Positions 26,214-40,660 of a stretch of DNA of 64,000 nt are shown in pieces. The notes beneath the pieces are model-generated. The model saw only the letters and a list, made by a program, of their open reading frames with translations. It ran no database searches and was not told the DNA's origin. The stretch covers positions 31,124,001-31,188,000 of the forward strand of contig NC_043009.1 of NCBI RefSeq assembly GCF_006345805.1, given 5' to 3'. Numbering within the stretch: the first letter of the stretch is position 1; each line of letters starts with the position of its first letter. The position numbers and the translations under genes are program-made. The stretch comes from Octopus sinensis. Lineage: Eukaryota.

Positions 26214-26582
26214 AGGCACAAGAGTGTCTGTGTGGTCAGTAGCTTGCTTACCAATTACATGGATCTGGGTTCAGTCCTACTGTGTGGCACCTTGGGCAAG
26301 TGTCTTCTACTATAGCTTCAGGTTGAGTGGATTTGGTAAGCGGAAACTGAAAGAAGCCCATCGTATATATATATGTGTGTGTGTGTGTTTGTTCCCCCAC
26401 CATCACTTTACCACTGATGCTGGTGTGTTTACATCCCTGTAACTTAGTGGCTCGTCAAAAGAGACCGATAGAATAAGTACTAGACTTACTAAGAACAAAT
26501 TCTGGGGTCAAATTGTTCAGCTAAAGGCGGTGCACTAGCATGGCCACAGTGAAATAACTGAAACAAATAAAAGAAAAGAATA
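26214..26582 (+). mobile_element. SINE-B copy
   Basis: aggcacaagagtgtctgtgtggt..gtggcaccttgggcaagtgtcttc..aaacaaataaaagaaaagaa. Confidence 0.92.
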
Positions 26583-28521
26583 AATGCTCAAAAAATATCC
26601 TATTGAACTGAAATTCCAAAGAAGGAGCCTTGGATCTAGGTTAGAAACCAGCTCTTAATTTGCAAGAAATCTTGAAATAAACTGAATGTTGACATACATA
26701 CATAATACATACATACATATGCGTGTGTGCACGCATGCCTCTCTGTGTGTGTGTATGTATACACACACATAAAAAGAGGCAGCTTTTCTCCGAAAGTCAA
26801 CTTAAATGTTCTTTATAGCAAGAAGTTATTAATATTGACCAGAATCATCATAATCGCTTACAGAAATTTCATAAGAATCATCGCACCCAACTCTAACATT
26901 AGCAAGAGTAGAATCACCTTTGGTAAACCAGGTGCAGAGAACTAATTGAAACCTTAGACAAGGAAGACTGCTCTCTGGAACTTCTAAATACAGCTCATTT
27001 ATGTCAATATAAATAAATATATACATGCATTAATACACATATATATATATTTATATACATACATGTATGTATAATAAATGCATGTATATACATATATACG
27101 TTTGTGTGTTTATATGTGTGCGTGTGTATTATTTTATCTAAGAGATAAAAATAATGCGCCGAAGAAACTCATAGAGAAGATGGACGTAAGAAGCAAAATA
27201 CTTAACACTCAAAAAAAGCATCTAGCAAAGCAAATATATTTGAATACTTCTGCAAGTATTTATACATTTTCAATGGAATCTATAAATTCTTCTGTTCTGT
27301 TATGAAAAGATTCCTTGCAAAGACTCAATTCCATTTGGTTGAAAATAACTCCTTTGTGCTTATAATGAGTGAAATGCGGAATCTTGATAGCATTCACTAA
27401 AAGTACCTACGATAACAGTTTGATACTTGCAAGTCATGTACACACATAGGATTCATGGTGTGTGAGAGAACAGAAGATCCTTCCATTCCAAAAGCATTTT
27501 CAGATTTTTCATTCTTTTATGTATTTTATTTCATTCCATTATATATATTTATTTTATTTTAGTTAATTGTATTTTTTTCCTTTTTTGGTGTGTTCCTTGT
27601 TCATTTTCTATTTAACACATTGTAGAAGCATAGGAGAATGCTCACTATTGCAATGAAAGTGCCAGAGAAAGCTAGCGTAGTCTTTTAGAAGGGAAATGTT
27701 AATTTTAACCTGACCCTGTAGTCATCCCAGATTCACAGACTGCAGGGTTACGTGGCAAAGAAAGTCTTTGCATTCATTCTTAGCCAAAACCGAATCAGAT
27801 TTACACATTTATAAAAAGCATTCTTTTATTGGGCCACATGATTCCCACAAACACATTCGCGCAAACGCACAAACACTGACACAAACACACTCATGCAAAC
27901 ACATACACACACACTCACGCAAACATAAATAATGCAACAAAAGTACTAAACACATAGAAATGCCTGCGTAAAACCAGAATAAATTTGCTTAACTAAAAGT
28001 GCTTAAAGTGGACTTCAGTATTGCTCTCTCCCACTGGTGGAGTGTGTTCAGTGTCGGAGCAGATACGGGATAAGCTTCATTACACAGTCATTATAATAGG
28101 CTTTACATTATTCACTATTGATTAACACTCATTGCAATAATTTCGCTTCCAGTTATTTCTCCAGAAAGAAGGAGGTCTATGGGGGTGTTTGGGTTATGTG
28201 TGTGTGTAAATGTATTTGTATATGTAGTGTATGTATGCACCTATGTTGTGTATGTGTGTACTTGTATATGTGTTTGTATGTATCTGTCTTGTGTGTGTAT
28301 ATGTGTATGTTGCATCAGCGTTGTGTTTTTGCTTGTAAATATGTTCCTGTATACATCTGTGCTCTGTGAGTGTGTGTGTATATGTGCTTATATATATATA
28401 TACACATTTAAGTGCCAATCTGTGTTGTGTGTGGATAAAAGAACAGGTAATAGGAGTGAAAGGACAAAGGAGCGGGTGTGCAATTCAATGATAATAATAA
28501 TAATAATAATGATGAGAAGAA

Positions 28522-28703
28522 TGGTTTCAGATTTTGCCACAAGGGCAGCAATTTGGGGGAAAAGATGAGTTGATTACATCGACCCCGAAAGGAAGTAAAG
28601 TGAAGTCGACCTCAGCAGAATTTGAACTCAGAACATAGTGACAGGTGAAATGCTACTAAGCACTTCATCCAGCACACTAACAATTCTGCCAGCTCACTGC
28701 CTT
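28522..28703 (-). mobile_element. SINE-A copy flanked by (AAT)n
   Basis: aaagtcgacctcagcagaatttgaactcagaac..ctgccagctcactgcctt. Confidence 0.88.
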
Positions 28704-28710
28704 CATAATA

Positions 28711-28741
<31 letters not shown>

Positions 28742-28782
28742 AATAATAATAATAATAATAATATATAATAATAATAATAATG

Positions 28783-28819
<37 letters not shown>

Positions 28820-29006
28820 TAATAATAATAATATAATAATATAATAATAATAATAATAATGATAATAATATAATAATAATAATAATAAATAATAATAATA
28901 ATAATAATATGATAATAATAATAATGATAATAATAATATAATAATATAATAATATAATAATAATAATAATAATAATAATATAATAATAATAATAATAATA
29001 ATAATA
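28703..29006. repeat. (AAT)n array of about 300 bp
   Basis: Visible directly. Confidence 0.97.
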
Positions 29007-29368
29007 TGCATACATACACATGTCAATAGCATGACTACCACTGCTACCATCACCACCACCATTACTTCTACAAGGTAATGGTGTATGAGGCAAGCTCTGC
29101 TTTTGTGATTGTTGCTGTTGTGTATTGCCACTTCCAAAGGCATTGTTTATGAGGAATTATGAAGAGAAATAAAAGAATATTCCTTATTTTACTTCGATTG
29201 TTTGCTTTCGATTTATGCATTGTTTTCATGGAGCCAGTAATCTTAATTATTATGTCACAAATTTCTAGTTCATAGGTTCACATTTTATTCTATATTCTCC
29301 CTACTTGGATATTTAACCCTATTCAGTACAAAAAAAAAAAGAATAATAATTATCGTAAGTACCGCTTC

Positions 29369-29369
<1 letters not shown>

Positions 29370-29409
<40 letters not shown>

Positions 29410-29605
29410 TATCATCACAATCATCATCATCATCATAATCATCATCATCATTGACATCTAACATCCGTTGACCATGCTGGCATGGGTTGGACGGTTTGGC
29501 AAGAACTGGCAAGATCAAGGGCTGCACTTGGTTCCTTAGGCTGTTTTGGCTTGGTTTCTACTGTTGGATGCCCTTTCTAATGCCAAAATTCTTCCACACT
29601 GTGCA
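29370..29605 (-). mobile_element. RTE 3' tail fragment with an expanded (CAT)n tail
   Basis: catgctggcatgggttggacggtttg..ggatgccctttctaatgcc. Confidence 0.8.
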
Positions 29606-29609
29606 CACA

Positions 29610-30560
29610 CCAGACAGATTCTGCCTACCAAGAAAGGGAGGAGGCAAAGGATTACTAAATGCAAAAGAATCTGATAGTAGTGCAGTATTGGGATTGAAAA
29701 AGTCTGTTGTGAAGAGTGAAGAAAGAATATTATCAACAACTAGAAATGTCCAAAAAGTTAAGAGAATTCAAGAAGAGAAGGAAGAACAACAGAGCATGCA
29801 GGAATTGAATTACAAGGCCAATTCACGCAGCAAACTGAGGATGCTGGAAGTAAAGAATGATGGCTATAACTGTCAGATAGAAAACAAAACCAAGAGACTG
29901 GAGTACAAATTATAGCAACTCAACTGAAGGACAAGCCATTAGGATGAATCTGTTAGAGGCAAAGATTGACAAAACTCAATCAGACAGCAATTGTAGAATC
30001 TACAACAAAGAAGATGAAAGTGTCAATCATCTCCTCAGTGAGTGCAGTAAGCTAGCACAAAAAGAGTATACATGCAAATGTGACTGTGTAGGTAAAAGAG
30101 TGCATTAGCTGAGTAAGTATCTTCAAAACAACATAAAAGTGGTATGAACATGAACCAGAGGCTGTGACGAAGAAGGAGAATTACAGGATCTTATGGAATT
30201 TACCCATAAAGACTGATCATATTACTAAAGCAAAAAAAAAAAACAGACATGATTTAGAGGGCGAAGTAAACAAGATCCATATAAGATCCATAGGGTTTGC
30301 AATTTCTTGCGACAGCTGAGTCAATACCAAAGAAATTGAAAGCATTCAAAAATATCAAGATCTAGCCAGAGAGCTGAGGAGACTGTGTAAGAGCAAGACA
30401 GTAATTGTTCCTGTTGTAGTGGGTGCACAACACCCAAAATGCTGCCTAAAAGACTGAAAGAAAATGGAATGGAAACTCAGATTGTCTACATGCAGAAAAG
30501 TGCCATCTTATATTCTGGAAGAAGGATTCTTGAGATTTGTGGAGACTTGTCACCAAACCT
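29610..30560 (+). mobile_element. R4/Dong-like (RLE-type) non-LTR retrotransposon 3' fragment, disrupted
   Basis: RFCLPRKGGGKGL; QAIRMNLLEAKIDKTQSDSNCRIYNKEDESVNHLLSECSKLAQKEY (decayed CCHC knuckle); KWYEHEPE..ILW; KYQDLARELRRL..VPVVVGA; QKSAIL. Confidence 0.88.
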
Positions 30561-30654
30561 AAAAGTAGCATTCCAGTTAGTTAAATTAGTATGTACTAAC
30601 TTGACACTAATAATAATAACATTAATGATGATAACTGTAATAGTAATATTAATT

Positions 30655-30990
30655 CTTTCTAATTTTAGCAGAAGGCCAACAAGTTTTGGGTGGGAGGTAG
30701 TCAAATATCATGACCCCAGTACTTGATTGCTACTTTATTTTATTGAACCTGGAGGGATGAATAGCAAAGTTGACCTTGGCAGAATTTAAAGTCGCAATGT
30801 AAAGTGCCAGAAGAAATACCTGTAAGCATATTCTCCAAAGTGCCAAAGAATCTTCATACCAAATTCACTCACAAGGCATTGTTTGACCAGGGGTTATAGT
30901 AGAAGGCACTTACCTGAGATGCCTTGCTGTGAGACTGAGCCTAAAACCCTTTGATCACCAAGTGTACTTTTTGACCATACACCCATACGT
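30655..30990 (-). mobile_element. SINE-A copy (30655-30850) plus a SINE-B 5' fragment (30855-30990)
   Basis: aaagttgaccttggcagaattt; accaaattcactcacaaggc..agtagaaggcactt. Confidence 0.75.
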
Positions 30991-33185
30991 TCCCCAACAT
31001 GCAATATAATTTTCCCCCTGTCCAGACTCTACCAACTTTCATTCTTTTTTCTTCCTTAAGTACACAATATTCAGAATTATTATTCTTTTGGAAACTGTTC
31101 AAAGCCTCTGTGCATATTGACATCTTACTAACAGATGGGCATAATGCTGTGTAGGGATATGGAGAGGATTTCAGCCCTTCACCGAATATTCTATAGGCAC
31201 CGAATTGTAGGCACCGAATATTCTATAGATTTGGTGCTCTACAACTAGTATATCTATTATGTATAATCAATGATACTTAAATTAACAAAGAAATATACAT
31301 TTTAATCATTGGATGAGTGAGGATGACCAATTAGCAGTCAGTAGAGCTTTTGGCAGAATGTCTGGTGGTATTTCTTCTGAGTTACAGCACATTGAGTTCA
31401 AATCTTACCAAGGTCAACTTTGTCTTACATCTGTTCATGGCTGATCAAAATTTGTCCCAGTCCAGGGCAAAGCTGTCCAAGAGTCAAGATAAAGCTGTCC
31501 AAGTGTCAAGAGACATACTTTGTAGTATCCATTGTAGATCTTTGAGTTCTGGCATCAATACCTTGGACAAATTAGGGACAAGCAGCATTGTTCCAAGTTA
31601 ACATTTCTTTATTTGGATAAACCTTGGTAGAGCAAAATGGTGAGACTTGCACATACAGACAACCAGCAGATTTCTTCAAAATAACCTTGATCAAAGGTGC
31701 ACATATACGAATAGAAGTGCAGTCAAGAGTGACCAGCAGGGTCCTTAAATAGTGAATTAAATGACAAGCATGAATCCAAGTCAGTTTAATGTTTACCTGT
31801 CATCTGTTTCAATTTCTTAAGAAAAAATAAAAGATAAGGGACAGTTCTATGATGTATGTTCTAAACAGAATCTCTTTTTGCAGCAACATTTTCTTTATTT
31901 TCTTTCCATGCTGCACTGTATATTGATCTGTTCTTGGATGGTTTCTGTAACATCATTATATGAGGAGGTTGCAAGCCCATAGCTTAAGCTATCCCCATTT
32001 CTCCTGAAAGGGATTTGGTGAGTGGATTCACTGCAGTTATTCTCACAATGCAACAGGGTAGGTTCTATACTAAGAGAAAAAGAAATCGATAAATGGAGAG
32101 AGAGAGAGTGTGTGTATTTGTTGGTATGGTATTGACATTAACCCTGGCCATATGAAGGGCAACGTGGACCTCTGTGAGATTTGAACTCAGAGCACAGAGA
32201 CAGCAAGAACAACATATGCTTTAACAACTCTATCCATTCACTGCCTTCCACACATAACTTGAAAATAAAAGTTTATTTCTGCTTTATAGAAGATAGATAG
32301 ATAGGTAGATAGATGGATAGCTAGAGAGATAGATAGATAGATAAATAGGGTGAAAGAGAATGAGTGTGTGTACATGTGTGATCAAGAGCAGTGAGAGAGA
32401 GAAAAGAGAGAGGCAGCTGAGAAAGTGTGTGTGTGTGCGTGCATGCTTAGAAAAACTTAAAAACACAAGGAAGAAAATTTGTAGCAGGAGAATGTGTGAA
32501 TGAAAAACAAATGGTTCACAGTTAGGTGTTTAATCATTAGAATTCCTAGAAGAAAGATTAAATTTAATTCTGTCTCTAAGAGTTTTATTTTTATTACTAT
32601 TATTTATTGTTTTTTTTTTTGTTTTTTTTTTCAAAGGATTAGAACATTAGAAGTTTTGAAGAACAAGATTTAGTTTTTTAGTTTCAAAATTAAATTTCAG
32701 ATCAATGAACCCATTTTTGTTATTTTTAAAAAATACTAGAACACATTTCAGAGTTTGATCATTTTTTTCTGTGTGCATGTGCACTTGTGTGTAATGTATG
32801 TACATAGATAAATATATGTGCAAAAACATACATACACACTTATACATACCTGCATATATATAATATATATACACGTATGTGTATATGTATTTATGTATGT
32901 ATATGTAATTAGTTTCTTTATCTATTTGTTTGGAAACATAAAAGTGTTCAATACATGTTTGCTGTTGAAATGCATAGTCTTTCAAATGCATTTTTTATGC
33001 AAGATAACAGGAGATTTTAATCCAAACACAGGCTTTACAAATCTGAATTTAAATGTATGTGCACGTATGGGTATGTATTATATAGATGAGCATTTTATAT
33101 ATAAATATAAGTGTCTCTGTAACTACCACTGCACAACGAATGATCATACATACATACAAACTCACATATATGTATGTATAAACAC

Positions 33186-33625
33186 ACATCGTCATCATTG
33201 TTCGACCGTGGTCGAGACAATGGAATTTACCATGCTACGCCAGACTTCACGGTCCATCATGGCATTACGGAGGTCCTGTTGCTGGATGCCTGTATCCCTG
33301 GAGATTACATCAGGGTAGGAGAGTGTGCACCCTCTGGTATTGCGAGTAGATGGCTTCCAGAGGAGAAGAGTAGAAATTACTTCTTTTTCAGCTCTACAAC
33401 AATGTCCAGCAAACTGGACTCTCCTACCTTTCACAAGAGATGATACAGGTGGTAGTTTCCCATATATTTGCATTTTGGTTGGATGGCGCTTCCACGAGAT
33501 ATTTTGAGCTCTCATAAGGAGGCGAGTGTAGGTTCCATCCAACCGCCTCTCAATCTTCTTTGATAACGTCCAGGTTTCTGAGCCATATAGTAGAATTGGT
33601 TCGACTGTGGCTTTGAAGATTTCAA
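33186..33625 (-). mobile_element. 5'-truncated RTE-group (RTE/Proto2-like) LINE with an uninterrupted ORF2 C-terminus
   Basis: IFKATVEPILLYGSETWTL..RLDGTYTRLL..RRVQFAGHCCR..AMMDREVWR, about 143 codons with no stop, ending at a short tgatgacg tail. Confidence 0.92.
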
Positions 33626-35474
33626 GCATGCACACACACACATACACACAGTGATAGTTCCACCTTTACAAATAATTACCATCTCGGTGCTACCTTGTTA
33701 TCAATGGCATTTCTGACTATTCAATTGCACCATAGGTCTGTATAGTTTGAAGCATAGGTGGTAGATGAAAGTTGTAAGACACTGTATACTTCCAACTGGT
33801 CTCTGCACACTGCTGGTCTCTTCTCTTACCTAAGGACTTTCAGTAGATGGAATGATGAATGAGATCACCATAAAGGGACATCTGTACATCTGGACTGGAT
33901 TATGGTGATGAAATGTTTGTCGAACATGAGTTCAACACTGAGTCTCTATAATTAGTACCTAGACAGGCTGAAACAAGATGACAAATGTTCAGATTCTCCT
34001 GGCTAGGATAAGTAGAGTACATGTTTTGGTATATTTTGGCTGGCATGAATTAATATGCATGTACCGTTTACAGTCTATTTGTTGGTAGTAAATGTCAGTT
34101 TCTTTGTGTCTTTTTTTACAATCAAAATGTATTGGAATGGTAACTGTTTTTGGTTACATTCCATCGCAAAATAAATACTATTATTGATGCTACTGAGTAG
34201 AGATTTGAAATCATTGCATCCATCGAATTTGTATGTCCACAGAATGAGGCAGTCATCTAAGTACTATTTCTGATTTTTTTTTACCAGATATTTTTAGACA
34301 TTGATACCATGCTTTGATGTGGTTTGTTCATACAACTCGACTTCTAGACATGCAATAACTAAATTGGTATAAGTTGAAGCAACTCTTCTTTTGGGCATGT
34401 TTTTTAAATACACAGCTACATTCAAGTTTAGTCTTCCATACTTTAAATTTCTTTTATCTATTTATTTATTTTTCATATTTCTGATAAGTATTTCAGAGTT
34501 GGTCTGAATAATAGAATTCTTAAATTCAGAATCAAAGTTTCCAGAATTTCACAGTCTCATTTCCCAAGAACCTAATATAATTGGTGTCTGAATTGTTTCT
34601 TATTTAGTGGTTCAATTCATGGAGATATTCTTGCCCAAGTTCCTTTGAGCATTGGCTTCATACAGCAGAAGCCATATGCTGATTTTGTCTATTATGGTTA
34701 AATGTTGGAAGGGATTTTTTTTTGTTTTTTTTGTCAGTAGTCACATGTTGCTTTTTTGATGTATGAGCCTTGTGAGTTGATTTTACCATTCACATTGTAT
34801 TGCAGCTTGAGTATATTTTCCACAATTAACTTTGTATTCTTGTGTGGAATTTTATGAAGTATATAAGTATTTTCAAGTAGTATTTACACACACACACACA
34901 TATATTTATCAATTTGTTTTGCAAGATTCCTGATCTGAAATTGTGTGTTGAAAGAGATGTTGTATTTTGAGATGGTCATCCTTTATTCATTCCTCAGCCA
35001 AATAAACACAGACTCCATATTTTTTTTTCACTTGTTTATTACTGTTCTTATTTTATTATTTTAACTCATGTCCATTGTCTGGAAATCTTTCATCACGCAT
35101 CTGTGACCTCTTCGGCAACACTTTTTGTTTTTGTGAGTCTTCTTGTTCTGGAGCAAGTAACAAAAAACCTTAGAGATAAATTTTCTCTTAGATATGTAAT
35201 TTCCAGGCATATCAGCTTAGGATTTTACAAGCCATGCACATGTAAGTCATTAGACTGGCTAGCTGATTTGCCTTCAACCCAGGCGGGTAGGTGACATTGA
35301 TAATCCACAAAAATGGTGAAACATCGATGTCCCTCACCCCCAAATGGTATTGAAGGTGAGTAATTTCCATGGTTCTAAGGTGTTTTAACACTGGTGACAT
35401 GAGAGTTATACACTCTGCTACACCATTGCAATCACCAGAAAATACACAAAGCATATACATTAGAATATGTATTT

Positions 35475-35515
<41 letters not shown>

Positions 35516-36224
35516 TATGGATGGATGGATGGATAGATAGCTATATAGACAGACAGATAGAGTAACAAACTGCTACTCAAGGCTTCACATAACTATTCAT
35601 CAGGCACTTTTGATAATGCAGATGATGTTATCATGATATTATCATTATTGTCTCATGAATGGTTATGTGAAACTCTGAGTAACAGTTTGTGGAGTCCTAT
35701 TTTCACTTCAATGCAAGGGTATTTTACTCTACATTTGGGATTTGAGCACTGTTTTTTTTTAACCATGTTTTGCACCTATATATATCTGTATATGTGTGTA
35801 CTTATATATAGAGGGATATAGATTTAAATATAAGTTTAGATGTATGTGTATACATATATAGAGAGTTATTGTTCAAAGTGATCCAGTAACAAACCATTAA
35901 ATCTACAAATTTGATCCTAATCAACTTAAAACTAACTGGAAGTATTCTACAAGATGTTTACAGTTATGGTCTATACCACAGACCTAACTGGAAAAGAAAA
36001 TAATTCTTCAAAAAAATCAGCTTTGTCAAAAATACCATTCCAACATCAATGTTAAAAAATCAAAAGTTTTTTTATATACATATGTGTGTTTGCATACAAG
36101 TGCACACCTATATATATGTATACGTACATCTGTATCTATTTATATACAAACACGCACACATATATATATATTTATACACACACACACATATATGTATATT
36201 TATATGTATATATGTGTATGCTTC

Positions 36225-36256
<32 letters not shown>

Positions 36257-36299
36257 GATAGATGTATGTATATCTATATTTGCACACACATGCATGCAT

Positions 36300-36333
<34 letters not shown>

Positions 36334-38204
36334 TCCTGCAGAGATACGCACTCATGTTGATACAAATCTTGGAAGTTACAAACATCAAAACATGCATACG
36401 TGAAGAAGCACAAGAACAGATAAACAAAAAAATCTTATATTTATACATGGAAATTAAAAAAAAAAAAAAGTGACACAGAACACAACTGAGAAGATTATAG
36501 AAGATAAATAACATGGTTACTGGTGTTATATTTAGTTGTTTATTGATGGTTGCTGTCAAATTTACATGGACAGACCAGTGACAATTGAGATGTGTCCTCT
36601 TCTGTCGCCTTGAGAAGACTAATACTGACGTTTGGTGGGAGAAAACTGGGTGTAAAACTGACAAGCAGGCATACATACACATTTATGTCTGTGTGTATAT
36701 ATATGCATATATAAATCATATATATGCATGTGTATGTAACTATATATATGTATATATATATATAAATATGTGTGTGTGTATCATTATTTCCAGTGTAATA
36801 TATGGATTTATGGAATCTTGTGGCTTTCAGAGAAAGACTTTCGAATAGACTCAGTTAGCAGATCACATGGTAACCCAATACAGAAGAGAATAATGCAGGG
36901 TTCCATGCAGCTGAAATGCAGCATATCGCAACTGGTACTTTATTTTTTACCAATTCTGCCAGATCACTCCCTACACCAGTTTAATAATAAAAAAATTTTT
37001 TTTACTAAATTCTTAATTATTTAAGAAATTGATTGAAACAATGGCGGTGAATTTCAGCAGAAATATAGGAAGAAAAGTGTTAAGTGATATTTGTCTGCAA
37101 TGACTGAAAAAATTTGAGAAAATTGGGTTGGAATACAGAATAAAATGTAAATACATATTTTGAGTGGAGATCAAAACTGTCTCTAACAGCAAATTCATGG
37201 GTTTTTTTTCCAATATAGCATGGTTTTCATAAACCAACCACAAAACAACAGAAATCTGGAAAAATATATAATTCTTGTAGACTTATAGAAAAGAAGAGAA
37301 AATTCACCGGAACACTAAGGCATACTTAGCCGAACCCTATTGGAGAGCAGGCACTCAGTGTGTTCTGATGCAATAGCATCATCATCATCATCATCATCAT
37401 CGTCACCACCATCATTATCCTCGTTGTCATCGCCATAATCACTATCACCATCATCATCACAAATATTAGTAGTAGCTATGATTATTATTACATCATCATC
37501 ATCACTCTAATCATCTTCATCAGTAGCAGCTGTTTTTCTTCATTTTATTTTAGCTTTCTTTAAGTATCTATTTTTATCCTTATTATCAGCATATTACTGC
37601 TATTGTTATTTTTATTATTGTCAGTGGTATTATTGCTATTATCATTGTTATTATAAACACTGATATCATCATCATCACCATCGTCAATACTAGTAGTAGA
37701 GGAGGAGGAGTAATATTAATATCATATTGTGTGTGTGTGTGTGTGTGTGTGTGTACCTTTCAGGAAAACGACGATATTAAGTTGCGGTTGGAAGTGAAAA
37801 GAAACAAGGAGAAAAAAAAAACATAAATGATAAAAGAAAAAAACATGAAATATTCTCTATGGAAAAATGGTTTTAGGCCAAATGCTTGCAGGCATCGATT
37901 TTAGTAATTCCCGCGATCATGTTCTTCACATCAATGCTTACATACATGTTCTTGTTGTGGTTCCACACACATTTATATCCATTTCTTCCCTTGTAATTGT
38001 GTATAAATTGGCACTTAAACCTATCTTTTCACAAATATATGGACATCCATTCTTAGTTTTCTATAAAATATCCCATTGATATTACACTTTAATAGGAATT
38101 GCCAAAATTGTTCGAAACTTTTATTAAACCATTAAAAGATACATGTACTTTCAGGTGCCATTCTTAAAGATGAAGTTCCGATATTATTTTCTCCTTCTTA
38201 CAGA

Positions 38205-38372
38205 TTTAATATATATATATATATATATGTATGCATGTATATGTGCATATATATACATACACACACACACAAACACACACACGCACACATATATATATAT
38301 GTATATATATATATAAATATATGCACATACATATAAATATCTACATATATACGTATATATATATATATATAT

Positions 38373-38440
<68 letters not shown>

Positions 38441-38474
38441 CACATAAACACATATCCATAAAGATTTATGTACA

Positions 38475-38509
<35 letters not shown>

Positions 38510-38870
38510 TAAATATATGTACATATATATAAATATATGCACATACATATAAATATCTACATATATACGTATATATATATATAATATATATATATATAAT
38601 ATATATATATATAAATATATATATAGTATATATAAAATTATATATATATATATATAAAATTATATATATATATATATACACACATATGAATATACATACA
38701 TTTATATATACATATGAATATACATACATATATATATACATATATACAATCTATACATATACCTATGTATGAATGTATATACCCATGTATGGATGTATAT
38801 ACCCATGTATGAATGTATATACCTATGTATGTATATATATGTATGTGTGCATGCATGTACCTAAATATAT
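38205..38870. repeat. (TA)n block with an internal duplication and a 20-bp minisatellite
   Basis: aaatatatgcacatacatataaatatctacatatatacg occurs twice (about 38315 and 38531); atacc(c/t)atgtatg(a/g)atgtat occurs about three times at 38759-38830. Confidence 0.9.
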
Positions 38871-39032
38871 ATTGTCTTGAAAGTGGAAACAGCAATTTTG
38901 TTTTCCTTTATATTTTAAATTATGATGATAATGATGCACAAGCTTTTTCCAATTTCCTGAAATATTTTGAAACTTTTTATTACTATTATTATTTTCTTTC
39001 TTTCTTGCAAGGTTGAAGTTGGGCTTGAACGG

Positions 39033-39360
<328 letters not shown>

Positions 39361-39616
39361 TTAATAAAAATGTTTCCTTTGTTGTCTGTAAGGGTCAAAC
39401 ACAAATACAATAGGGACAATACAACGCAAGGGACAAGTGGAGTTTGGCACTATGTTGGGCATAAAATAAATAACAAATAACAATAAAATTGAACAATAAA
39501 ATTTCCCCAAATGAGGGGGAGTTCCTCACAGGGACAACTGAAGAACTCACACATTGTAGTTACCCTGACCATCAGGGGTACTTCAGTGGGTGCCTCTCTC
39601 TTTATCAGTACAACAT

Positions 39617-39990
39617 GCTGGACTAAGTCATGGCATACAAAGTAAATGACATGTGCTCTATAATTGACGGTGAGTGCCCATTTGACCCACAGATAGTTAA
39701 GAAGGAAGGTAAGGAAGTTGACATATACAGTCTCTTAAATACAAGATAGTGGAATTGCGGAGGATGGAAAAGATGCTGATTATTGGTGGGGCCTGAGGGG
39801 CATTATCAAAAGATATCGAGAGGAACATAAAGGAAATGGGAATAGAATGTCTGGCAGAGCTGTTACAAAATGTTTATCATTTTGATATGACCAGAACCAT
39901 CAGGAAAGTATCAGAGAGTTGAAGAGAACAAGCAGCATGTTGCCATAGACTGCAGGTAGTCAGACCACTATTCATGCGAGACTGCCGGAC
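39617..39990 (+). mobile_element. R4/Dong-like RLE endonuclease C-terminal fragment
   Basis: CSIIDGECPFD..KKEGKE..LKYKIVEL..IIGGA*GA..LLQ..TRTIRKV. Confidence 0.75.
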
Positions 39991-40050
39991 TTCCAATGGA
40001 ATAATGTTTGCCTCTCAAACCCTCTGTCATGGGGCTGAAGTGATGATAGT

Positions 40051-40298
40051 CCAGTGACGAGGAAGTGAAAACTGTAGTGAAGTGGCTCAAAGAACAGTCA
40101 ACAGAATTTTATGGGGCAGGGATACATGCTCTCATTCGAAGGTGGAACATTGGTATTGAGAGAAACAGTGACTGTATTGAGAAGTAGGAATGTGATCCAC
40201 AGAGAACCAGCTTCATTTTGATGTATGATACATGTTTCTATGTTGGTAATTATACTTGTCCTAAACAAAATGGCATTACTTTTTGACTCACGCTCGTA
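40051..40298 (+). mobile_element. mariner transposon 3' fragment with the right TIR
   Basis: DEEVKTVVKWLKEQSTEFYGAGIHALIRRWNIGIERNSDCIEK*, then ttactttttgactcacgctcg+TA. Confidence 0.88.
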
Positions 40299-40319
40299 TA
40301 TGTATGTATGTATATATAT

Positions 40320-40495
40320 AGTTGAAATTAACAGGAACACAAAAGACGAAGACAGGTATGTAAACAACAAACATGTGTATTAGTTTAATGCTCAGGAAGT
40401 GAAAAAGTCTTTTACGTTTCAAGCCTGTGCTCTTCAGCAGAAAGGAACATGGGGAAATAAACAGAGAGAGAAAACTTTTGGAGTTAGCAGTCAAT
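40320..40495 (-). mobile_element. Short interspersed repeat carrying ctgaagag..gaaacg (Penelope-like remnant?)
   Basis: Second copy at 23825-23992; flanked by (TA)n. Confidence 0.55.
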
Positions 40496-40519
40496 CATGA
40501 CATATATATATATATAATT

Positions 40520-40660
40520 TATTTCGTTTTGGGATTTGGTTTGCAAGATTCTTTATATGAGTTCATGTGTAGAAGCGTATTCTGTTGTGTCTGGGGAGAG
40601 TCATTTTTTTTTGTGCCTTATAATTTAACACACTCACTGGTAAAATTTCCACTTATTTCT
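40520..40660 (+). repeat. Unclassified interspersed repeat
   Basis: Related copies at about 48335-48636 (inverted, split by a MITE) and about 34910-35030. Confidence 0.65.

Noticed and set aside
33650-34250. Possible old transposase remnant next to the young LINE
   Set aside because: I could not recover a convincing motif in any frame
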